In this document: piece after piece, positions 1 to 7,451 of the stretch
Position numbering within the stretch: position 1 is the stretch's first letter
Layout of the letters: each line of letters begins with the position of its first letter
NCBI GenBank assembly: GCA_003214195.1
Contig: QCLY01000002.1
Span: 1,996 to 65,995, forward strand
Direction of reading: 5' to 3'
Source of the DNA: Prochlorococcus sp. AG-418-G23
GTDB taxonomy: Bacteria > Cyanobacteriota > Cyanobacteriia > PCC-6307 > Cyanobiaceae
Length of the DNA: 64,000 nt
Made by a program: the position numbers and the translations under genes
Notes under the pieces: generated by a model
Told to the model about the DNA's origin: nothing
What the model saw: the letters and a program-made list of their open reading frames with translations, nothing else
Database searches by the model: none

Positions 1-485
1 ACAAGGGAGATCCTTCCGAGTCAAGATATTTACAAGTTTTAGATCATATTCCATTAGGAAATAACAAAGCAAGAGTAATAGTAAGGCACTATAGAAAATT
101 TCTAAAAAATAAACTAATTAATAACCTCATACTATTTAAGGAGAATCAAAGAAAGATTTTTTATAAGATATTTGATGAAGACTATATGATTTTAAAAACA
201 CAAACATATAATCACAAAATGGGATTTATAAATAAAGATGAAATAAAATTATTAGGAGAAGACAGAATAATAAATTACTTTTGGAAATGGTACAAAAAGT
301 CTGAAAATAAAGATGAGCCTTGGGGAAATGCTAATAATTCTAATAAACTTGATGTCTACGACAAAGTTATATTGAAATATCCCCCAGAGATAAAAAAATT
401 AGAAATTATCAATAATATAGATATTGTCAGAAAAACTCTCTTAAGATACGCTGCGCCACTAATTTTATTTATGTTATTGATATAG
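1..485 (+). CDS. Hypothetical protein, 5'-truncated by the window edge, with a hydrophobic C-terminal tail
   Basis: Frame is open from position 3 (KGDPSESRYLQVLDHIP...) through the track's ATG at 186 to TAG at 485. Ends in RYAAPLILFMLLI. No family recognised. Confidence 0.6.
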   Translation, partial: KGDPSESRYLQVLDHIPLGNNKARVIVRHYRKFLKNKLINNLILFKENQRKIFYKIFDEDYMILKTQTYNHKMGFINKDEIKLLGEDRIINYFWKWYKKSENKDEPWGNANNSNKLDVYDKVILKYPPEIKKLEIINNIDIVRKTLLRYAAPLILFMLLI

Positions 486-488
486 TTG

Positions 489-590
489 ATGAAGAAAGTA
501 AATAGACCTTCATGGTTGAATTGGCTCTATCTTTTTATATTTATTTTAAGCTCAATTCAATTAATTATATTTTGGAGTAATAAGTTTTAG
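489..590 (+). CDS. 33-aa single-pass membrane peptide (not in ORF track)
   Basis: ATG 489 reads MKKVNRPSWLNWLYLFIFILSSIQLIIFWSNKF. Its TAG (588-590) shares the G with the GTG start of the next gene, and it fills the gap exactly. Confidence 0.6.
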   Translation: MKKVNRPSWLNWLYLFIFILSSIQLIIFWSNKF

Positions 591-1378
591 TGATTAATAA
601 GTTTTGGTTTGAGGCAAAAAATATAAATTGTTTTAAAAATGATTTTAGGGTAATTAAAGATTTAAGTTTAAAACTAAAATATTCAGAGAATGTAATATTA
701 ATTGGACCAAATGGTTCAGGCAAATCATCTTTAATAGAAGTAATTAATAGAAACATATACCCAGTAATAGCGAATGAATCCAAACTGAAAATTTTTGAAA
801 AAGAACTTATAAATTTATGGGAACTAAGGAAAAGAGTAAGTACAGTTAATAACGATATTAAAAATAGAATAAATCCAAATCTACAAGTTTTTGATTTAAT
901 TTTAAGTGGACTATATGGAAGATATTGTTACATAAAAAATAAATCTAAAACAGATATTTATAAGGTGGAAAAAATGATGAAGAATATGAATATATCAAAA
1001 TTATCTAAAAAATATTTTACATATTTATCAGATGGAGAAAAACAAATTTCTCTCATTGCTAGGGCTTTAATCAAAAAACCGGATATATTAATCCTAGATG
1101 AGCCTATTGCAAATTTAGACTATAATTCAAAGTTTTTTGTGGTTGATAAGATTGATGAATTATCAAAATTGAATACCAATATTTTATGTGTGACACATGA
1201 TATTTCAATGATTACAAAAATTTATGACAGGGTCATAATGCTTAAAGATGGCAAAATATTGGCAGATGGTAATCAAGATAGGGTAATAAATAGCGAAAAT
1301 ATTAATAAGTTATATGGTACTAATGTCGTGGTGACAAAAAATAATGATTTTTGGAATATAAAAAGATTATCTAAATAA
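590..1378 (+). CDS. ABC transporter ATP-binding protein (ModF-like)
   Basis: Walker A GPNGSGKS, variant signature LSDGE, Walker B/D-loop ILILDEP, H-loop VTHD. Confidence 0.9.
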   Translation: MINKFWFEAKNINCFKNDFRVIKDLSLKLKYSENVILIGPNGSGKSSLIEVINRNIYPVIANESKLKIFEKELINLWELRKRVSTVNNDIKNRINPNLQVFDLILSGLYGRYCYIKNKSKTDIYKVEKMMKNMNISKLSKKYFTYLSDGEKQISLIARALIKKPDILILDEPIANLDYNSKFFVVDKIDELSKLNTNILCVTHDISMITKIYDRVIMLKDGKILADGNQDRVINSENINKLYGTNVVVTKNNDFWNIKRLSK

Positions 1379-1562
1379 TAATTATAAAAATAGCTATCGC
1401 AATAAGCAGGATTACTAATTTTTTACTTTTAAAATATGAATAGGATTTATTTTTAATTAAAGAAGATCCACATCTAGAGCAGACAATTTTGCCTCCTAAA
1501 GATCGATCTGAGACTAATGAAGAACTTCCACAATTAGAACAGACTCTATTATTTAAGCTCAT
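1371..1562 (-). CDS. Small Zn-ribbon protein with C-terminal membrane anchor
   Basis: CSNC...CSRC pairs, each followed by GSS; hydrophobic tail LVILLIAIAIFIIII. Confidence 0.75.
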   Translation of the reverse strand: MSLNNRVCSNCGSSSLVSDRSLGGKIVCSRCGSSLIKNKSYSYFKSKKLVILLIAIAIFIIII

Positions 1563-1635
1563 CTAAAAAAAAATTCATTAGCATTTCTAATTAGATTATA
1601 TTGCTAAATACTATGTAACGAAAAACTTCATAATC

Positions 1636-1709
1636 AATATGATAATGAGAATCTATTGCAATAAGTTAATTTATAGTGCATAATTGATAATAATTCTCAT
1701 TATCATATT
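1636..1709 (+). promoter_or_regulatory. Paired Fur-box-like operators (perfect 17-bp inverted repeat) around a sigma70-type promoter
   Basis: AATATGATAATGAGAAT (1636-1652) and ATTCTCATTATCATATT (1693-1709). GATAATAATTCTCATTATC (1686-1704) matches the Fur consensus at 16/19. TTGCAA (1656-1661), 17 nt, CATAAT (1679-1684). Confidence 0.7.
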
Positions 1710-1716
1710 CGATTTA

Positions 1717-2304
1717 ATGTATTTCCATAGTTATGCAGAATCTCCGTCAAAATTAGTAAGGATAATAACAGGGCAATCCGTATTAATAGATCCTTCATCA
1801 AGACCAAAAGGGACTTGCTTAGAAGTCGAGAGTGGAATTGCAAGAGTTTATTGTCCTTGTGAAGAAACTGAAGGAATGACACTCGCATTTTTACAATCAG
1901 GAGATCAATTAAGGACAGACCTTTTATGTAGCGAAGGGGTCTGCGTTGAAGCACTAACAGATTTGTCATTCCATAGCAATGTAAATATTGATGAAAATAT
2001 GGGTTTCGATGCAGTAAATGAATGGACTTTGCAACTCCTTAGGATTAGACACTTAGGAAATGCAGAACAGCGATTACAAGCGTTGTTTTCAATACTAGTA
2101 AATCGTCTAGGCAGGAGATGTGGTCAATGGTGTGAGTTACCTTTTAGGTTGACTCATGAAAGAATTGGTGAATTAATCGGTTCTACACGAGTAACATCAA
2201 CAAGATTAATTTCTAAATTAAGATCATCTGAGTTATTAATAGCTCCTATTGGAACCCAAACAGTTAGTGTTGCGCCTTCTTTTATTGAGACATCGCCGCT
2301 ATAA
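1717..2304 (+). CDS. CRP/FNR-family transcriptional regulator
   Basis: C-terminal HTH LTHERIGELIGSTRVTSTRLISKL. ATG 1717 preferred over TTG 1684, which lies inside the operator. Confidence 0.9.
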   Translation: MYFHSYAESPSKLVRIITGQSVLIDPSSRPKGTCLEVESGIARVYCPCEETEGMTLAFLQSGDQLRTDLLCSEGVCVEALTDLSFHSNVNIDENMGFDAVNEWTLQLLRIRHLGNAEQRLQALFSILVNRLGRRCGQWCELPFRLTHERIGELIGSTRVTSTRLISKLRSSELLIAPIGTQTVSVAPSFIETSPL

Positions 2305-2308
2305 AAAT

Positions 2309-2599
2309 ATGAAGGAATCACAATCACTTACTAACAACTTGTTAATGGAAGTTGAAGTTTTATCGAATAGACTCAGAAATATCAAGCAATCCTACAAATC
2401 TACAGAAAATAAAGCATTGAAGATAAGGTTATTTTCTGAAAACAAAAATCTTTTTAAAAGAGTTAATGAGATTTATAAAATAGCTGAGCTCTTAAACAAA
2501 AACAAAACTGATAACATTAACTTTTCTAAGTTACTTATTGAAATAACGAAAAGAATATTGAATGAAAATAAATTTGAAAGTAATCTATTTTTTCTTTAA
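2309..2599 (+). CDS. Hypothetical helical protein, likely co-transcribed with the CRP regulator
   Basis: ATG 4 nt after the CRP stop; 96 aa (MKESQSLT...). Confidence 0.7.
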   Translation: MKESQSLTNNLLMEVEVLSNRLRNIKQSYKSTENKALKIRLFSENKNLFKRVNEIYKIAELLNKNKTDNINFSKLLIEITKRILNENKFESNLFFL

Positions 2600-3139
2600 A
2601 TCACTATCTATTAGTAAGATTGCCGAAGGTTGATTAGAAGCAAACTTAACCTTGCCCAGTATGTTCGCAAATTCATCTTCTGATTGTGTTTGAGCCTCTA
2701 TAATTGGATCTAAAAATACGTTAGTTCTTGTATCTGAAATTCTTTCTGATATGGAATAAAGTTGTTGAAGAGATGAAGTTAAATCAGCCTCCATATTAAA
2801 AGAATAAGAAATCAGCTCCTCTATAGAATCCCATGTTTGAACGGGTGCAGGAATTTCATCTAATTTTACGCTTTGTCCTCTTGCAATTAAGTAATCTGCA
2901 AATTTCTGAGCATGTTCAATTTCACCTTGTGACTCACTTAGAAAATGTGAGGCAAATCCATTTAAATCGCGTTCTTGAAACCATAGATACATAGAAAAAT
3001 ATTGAACATTGGCATATCTTTCCATCGTTAGATGTTCAAAAAGGTTATCTAATAAACTATTGTCTATCGGTTGAGCAACGGCTCTTCCAGATGGACCAAA
3101 ATTAATTAATTTTTTTGTTTTTAAATTATTTGCATTCAT
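2585..3139 (-). CDS. ftn: Ferritin (non-heme)
   Basis: Ferroxidase-centre pattern: MERYANVQY, ESQGEIEHAQKF, MEADLT, EAQTQSE. Confidence 0.9.
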   Translation of the reverse strand: MNANNLKTKKLINFGPSGRAVAQPIDNSLLDNLFEHLTMERYANVQYFSMYLWFQERDLNGFASHFLSESQGEIEHAQKFADYLIARGQSVKLDEIPAPVQTWDSIEELISYSFNMEADLTSSLQQLYSISERISDTRTNVFLDPIIEAQTQSEDEFANILGKVKFASNQPSAILLIDSDLKKK

Positions 3140-3218
3140 TTTTAAATCAGGAACTAATCAAATAATACAACATTTTGTATAAATTAGTAATTGATAAATC
3201 CTTTAAATTAAATAAAAT

Positions 3219-3246
3219 AATATGATAATGAAAATCACTCGCAATA
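3219..3246. promoter_or_regulatory. Fur-box-like motif upstream of ferritin
   Basis: AATATGATAATGAAAATCACTCGCAATA is 24/28 identical to 1636-1663. Confidence 0.6.
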
Positions 3247-3382
3247 CTATAAATGAATTTAGAGTACAGTTTTTCTGAACTGCTTTTAACAAATAAAATA
3301 TATAAAAGTAAAAAAAAGAAATGTAAAAAGAAAAAATGCTCTAATTGGAAGGGAGGGAAGTGTAATTGCCTATAAATAAATT

Positions 3383-4441
3383 CTATATATATACTTTATG
3401 TGCTCCAGGATATAAAAAATAATAACTATTTTTATTTATAGAAAGAGAACATTTATCTCCATTATTTATAAGATTATTAATATCAGTTCTAACCCTCAAT
3501 ATGTTTCCATTAATAGTTACTTTATATATAAGAAATTCTCCAAGAAATTCTTTAGATATTACATTCGCATTTCCAGATTCTGATCTTTTAATTGAAATAA
3601 ACTTAGGCGAAATTGACATACTTTTAATATTTGCATTTTGTAAAATCCCTGAAATATTTATCTCACCTAAACAAGAAATATAGGAATTACCAATTTTTTT
3701 GAGATTAACAATATTATTACCCAAAATAAAACTACTAACAAATATGGTCTTAGGATTATTTAGAAGATTAATTGGCGTATCAATTTGATGTATTTTCCCA
3801 TCATTCATAACAGCGACTTTATCGCAAATTGACATAGCTTCTTCCGGATCATGAGTAACCATCAATCCGCTTGCATTACAACCTCTTAGGATATTAGGTA
3901 GTTCACTTCTCAATTTTAGTTTGACATGCATATCAAGACTACAAAAAGGTTCATCCAATAAAATAAAATTTGTACCCGGAGCAAGAGCTCTCACAATTGC
4001 GAGTCTTTGTTTTTGGCCTCCAGAGAGTTCATGTGGGTACCTTCCAACGAAACTATCTAGACCAACAACATTTAATAAATAATCAACTCTAGATCTATCT
4101 TTTTTGTTTTTCAAACCAAAAATTACATTTTCCAAAACAGTTAAGTGGGGGAAAAGTGCATAATCTTGAAAAACCATGCCAATATTTCTTTTCTCAGGAC
4201 TAAGAATGTTTTTGCTACTTGAAATTTCCTTATCATTTAGAGAAATCCTCCCTTTAGAGGGATATTCGAACCCCGCAATTAATCTTAAAAGAGTAGTTTT
4301 TCCGCAACCAGAAGGTCCAAGCAACCCTAAAAATTCGCCATTTTCAATTTTGAGGTTAATTTCGTTTAATATCCAACTTGAACATTCTCGTTTATCATAT
4401 TTATGATGCAAATCATCAATTATTAACGCATCATTTTTCAC
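3383..4441 (-). CDS. futC: Fe(III) ABC transporter ATP-binding subunit (FutC/FbpC type)
   Basis: GPSGCGKT, IGMVFQDYALFPHLTV, LSGGQKQR, LLDEPF, C-terminal TOBE-like region; adjacent to ferritin. Confidence 0.85.
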   Translation of the reverse strand: MKNDALIIDDLHHKYDKRECSSWILNEINLKIENGEFLGLLGPSGCGKTTLLRLIAGFEYPSKGRISLNDKEISSSKNILSPEKRNIGMVFQDYALFPHLTVLENVIFGLKNKKDRSRVDYLLNVVGLDSFVGRYPHELSGGQKQRLAIVRALAPGTNFILLDEPFCSLDMHVKLKLRSELPNILRGCNASGLMVTHDPEEAMSICDKVAVMNDGKIHQIDTPINLLNNPKTIFVSSFILGNNIVNLKKIGNSYISCLGEINISGILQNANIKSMSISPKFISIKRSESGNANVISKEFLGEFLIYKVTINGNILRVRTDINNLINNGDKCSLSINKNSYYFLYPGAHKVYI

Positions 4442-4499
4442 TTCGTTCTTATTATTAAATATATTAAGTTAGCAGAAAATATTCACCTAAAATATCCCC

Positions 4500-4515
4500 T
4501 GTATAATTTTATACA
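4500..4515. promoter_or_regulatory. TGTA-N8-TACA palindrome (NtcA/CRP-family-type site) in the futC/nth divergent spacer
   Basis: TGTATAA-TT-TTATACA with perfect 7-bp arms; contains TATAAT at 4502-4507. Confidence 0.5.
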
Positions 4516-4535
4516 CCATTTAATTTTCAAATTTA

Positions 4536-5189
4536 ATGAGAAAGTCTGAAAGAGCTGAAATAATACGCAAGGAACTCAAAAAGCTATATCCATCGCCTCC
4601 AATACCCCTTGATCATACAAATGCATATACACTTCTAGTTGCCGTAGTTTTAAGTGCTCAATCAACAGATAAGAAAGTTAATGAATTAACAAAAAGCTTA
4701 TTTAAAGTTGCAGATAATCCAGAACAGATGATGCAACTAGGTATTAATGGCATTTACAATTACATAAAATTTTTAGGCCTATCTAATCAAAAATCAAAGA
4801 ACATCTATAACTTATCTAAATTATTGATTGAAAAGCATAATGGTACGGTCCCAGATTCTTTTGAGAAGCTTGAATCTCTTCCAGGGGTAGGTCATAAAAC
4901 AGCATCAGTTGTAATGTCTCAGGTGTTTAAAATACCCTCATTCCCAGTAGATACACACATACACAGGTTGGCACAAAGATGGGGCTTATCAAATGGCAAT
5001 AGCGTAGTTCAAACAGAAAAAGACCTAAAAAAAATATTTCATGTTAATGATTGGAATACTTTACATTTGCAAATAATCTTTTATGGCAGAGAGTACTGTA
5101 CAGCAAGAGGCTGTGATGGGACAAAATGTTATTTATGTCGCACTCTTTATCCCAAAAGAAAAAAGAAATTTATATGTAAAAAGCCTTAA
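4536..5189 (+). CDS. nth: Endonuclease III
   Basis: LLVAVVLSAQSTD, HhH motif LPGVGHKTA, FPVDTHIHR, C-terminal Cys cluster. Confidence 0.95.
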   Translation: MRKSERAEIIRKELKKLYPSPPIPLDHTNAYTLLVAVVLSAQSTDKKVNELTKSLFKVADNPEQMMQLGINGIYNYIKFLGLSNQKSKNIYNLSKLLIEKHNGTVPDSFEKLESLPGVGHKTASVVMSQVFKIPSFPVDTHIHRLAQRWGLSNGNSVVQTEKDLKKIFHVNDWNTLHLQIIFYGREYCTARGCDGTKCYLCRTLYPKRKKKFICKKP

Positions 5190-5223
5190 GAAATTTATAT
5201 AATATTTAAATTAGTTTTTAATC

Positions 5224-5883
5224 ATGAAAATAGCAATTACTGGTGCATCTGGGAAAACAGGTTATAGAATTTCTGAAGAAGCAGTTAAGAAAGGATATAA
5301 AGTAAGGCAAATCATCAGAAAGAGTTCAAAAGTCTCAACAGGACTAGAGCGTTTAGAAACAATTAGGGTTTCATTAGACAAAAAAGGAGAACTTGATGAA
5401 GCTTTAAAAGATATTGATGCTTTGATAATTGCGACTGGAGCGAGAGCATCATTAGATTTAACTGGTCCTGCAAAAGTTGATGCATTAGGTGTATACCGGC
5501 AATTAGAGAGTTGTAAAAGAGTTGGTATTAAAAGAGTTATCTTAGTTAGTTCCCTTTGTACTGGTAAATTATTCCACCCATTAAACTTATTTGGTTTAAT
5601 TCTTATTTGGAAGAAATTAGGTGAAAACTTTCTACGCAATTCAAATTTTGAATGGACTATAATTAGACCTGGAGGATTAAAGGAAAATGAAGATATTAAA
5701 TCAGAAAATATAAATTATTCAAAAGAGGATACTCAAATTAATGGATCAATCCCAAGAAGATTAGTTGCGCAATGTTGTATAGATTCTTTAAAAAACAAAG
5801 AATCCATTAATAAATTAATAGAAGTTACAAGTTCGAATGATAATAAAAAGATATCTTTTAAAAAAGCTATGCAAATGATTTAA
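5224..5883 (+). CDS. NAD(P)H-binding atypical SDR oxidoreductase
   Basis: ITGASGKTG Rossmann motif, WTIIRPGGL, GSIPRRLVA. Confidence 0.85.
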   Translation: MKIAITGASGKTGYRISEEAVKKGYKVRQIIRKSSKVSTGLERLETIRVSLDKKGELDEALKDIDALIIATGARASLDLTGPAKVDALGVYRQLESCKRVGIKRVILVSSLCTGKLFHPLNLFGLILIWKKLGENFLRNSNFEWTIIRPGGLKENEDIKSENINYSKEDTQINGSIPRRLVAQCCIDSLKNKESINKLIEVTSSNDNKKISFKKAMQMI

Positions 5884-5909
5884 AAGATGTAAATATATAA
5901 ATTAAAACT

Positions 5910-6098
5910 ATGAAAATAAATCCCAAAATTGACGCATTACAATTAATGCTTACTGATTTAAGAACTAGAAATGAGCCAATAAGACATAAAGCTGCATTTA
6001 AAGGCTGTCAACCAGAATTTCAAAGTCTTGTATCAAGATTAATAAAGCAGTTAGAGGACGAATTAGTTGCTGAAAAGCTTAATAATCGTGATAGTTAA
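5910..6098 (+). CDS. Small hypothetical protein
   Basis: 62-aa ORF with protein-like composition that fills the gap. Confidence 0.7.
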   Translation: MKINPKIDALQLMLTDLRTRNEPIRHKAAFKGCQPEFQSLVSRLIKQLEDELVAEKLNNRDS

Positions 6099-6108
6099 AA
6101 AATTTAGA

Positions 6109-6720
6109 TTACTTAAATGAAATTAAGTTATCCAATTTTGCTTGTTCTGAAAGTTCATCATATCCTCCAAAAAATTTATTATCCAAAAATATTTGAGGGA
6201 AAGTATTATGGCTACTTTGAGCCATAATTTTTTGAAAGCTCTCATCATTGTCTATTAGAGTAACTTCATGAGGGATAGATAAAGAATTGAGCAACCTAAT
6301 TGCTCTTTTAGACCAAGGACAATCCTTTAAAATAAATGCTTTTACACGAGATTCATTAGTGATTAAATCATGATTTGAGATATTAATAATTTTCTGTTCA
6401 AAAGAAAGTAATAAAATATCAGTACCTTTTTTTACAATACATCCCTCCTCAAGATGTCCGCCAAACACATTACATCCCTCATCAGCAAAACTCAAATGTA
6501 AATGAACATCTCCTTTATAAAAATTTCCGTTTAAAGAAACTATCTCTAAGTTTCCTTCAAATTTATTTATCTCTTGATTACCTGGGCATTGAATACAAAC
6601 TGTTCTAAGATTACCAACAACTCCAGAAACATACCCGTATAAATTATTCGATAAAGAATAGTCTTTAATTGAATTTATCAAATCAGATTCTGGGGATAGC
6701 TTTAGGCTATGAGGCTGCAT
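6109..6720 (-). CDS. PPC/DUF296 domain fused to a glutaredoxin domain
   Basis: N-terminal EIVSLNG...VHLHLSFAD...GGHL; C-terminal CPWS, TFPQIF, GGYDEL. Confidence 0.8.
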   Translation of the reverse strand: MQPHSLKLSPESDLINSIKDYSLSNNLYGYVSGVVGNLRTVCIQCPGNQEINKFEGNLEIVSLNGNFYKGDVHLHLSFADEGCNVFGGHLEEGCIVKKGTDILLLSFEQKIINISNHDLITNESRVKAFILKDCPWSKRAIRLLNSLSIPHEVTLIDNDESFQKIMAQSSHNTFPQIFLDNKFFGGYDELSEQAKLDNLISFK

Positions 6721-6911
6721 TAGATATTAGATATAAGGAATAATTTTGTAATATAAAACATCAACATCCATAAAGAGAGTTTGAGTTTATAATCTTTAGG
6801 ATTCAGATTTAAATTAAATTTGAGAATATAGCATCAAAACTAATAAAAATTTTTAACTAAAAATTTAAGCTTGTTGAGAGTGTAATATATTTTTTATCTA
6901 CAAAAACTAAT

Positions 6912-7451
6912 TTGTTATTAAGAAAAAATCTTAAAAATTTGGCATTGAATATTCCCAATTTATTATCGATATCTCGGCTTTTCCTTGTATTTCCATTAAT
7001 ACTTTTTTTAGAAATTAACAGACCTTTTTATGTCTTTATATTGATTATTATTGGAGGTTTAACTGATTATTTTGACGGGTTATTGGCAAGGAAATTTAAT
7101 CTTAAAACCAGAATAGGAGCTATCCTTGATCCCTTAAGCGATAAAGTATTCTATTTAATTCCTTTGACCTTCCTTTGTAAAAATAATTTTATACCCTTCT
7201 GGTCTTTGTCATTAATTTTATTTAGAGAATTAATTATCTCTAGCCTAAGGAACTCTACAAAAGACGGTTTACCAGCATCAACGTTAGGAAAATATAAAAC
7301 ATTTTTCTTTTTTATTTCAGTAATTACCTTCTTTACACCATTAAAAATTAGCTTTTTGAATAATTTGGCTTTAATTTTTTATTGGTTAGGATTCATACTG
7401 ACTTTTGTGACTTTATTTGGCTATTTAAGAATTAAAAAGAATATTATCTGA
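6912..7451 (+). CDS. pgsA: CDP-alcohol phosphatidyltransferase (phosphatidylglycerophosphate synthase-like)
   Basis: NIPNLLSISR and the motif DYFDGLLAR...GAILDPLSDK. Confidence 0.8.
   Translation: MLLRKNLKNLALNIPNLLSISRLFLVFPLILFLEINRPFYVFILIIIGGLTDYFDGLLARKFNLKTRIGAILDPLSDKVFYLIPLTFLCKNNFIPFWSLSLILFRELIISSLRNSTKDGLPASTLGKYKTFFFFISVITFFTPLKISFLNNLALIFYWLGFILTFVTLFGYLRIKKNII

Noticed and set aside
1684-1716. N-terminal extension MIIILIIIFDL of the CRP regulator, which looks like a transmembrane segment
   Set aside because: It is the translation of the AT-rich Fur-like box and promoter. ATG 1717 is the more plausible start.
2249-2308. N-terminal extension of the 116-aa ORF
   Set aside because: It overlaps the CRP 3' end. 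ATG 2309 follows the CRP stop directly.
3165-3180. Palindrome ATACAA-CATT-TTGTAT upstream of ferritin
   Set aside because: The half-sites are in the wrong orientation for NtcA or CRP, and it is short and AT-rich enough to be chance.
6721-6911. Possible small ORF or RNA in the PPC-Grx/pgsA divergent spacer
   Set aside because: Only ATG-initiated frames of 15 codons or fewer, and no convincing stem.
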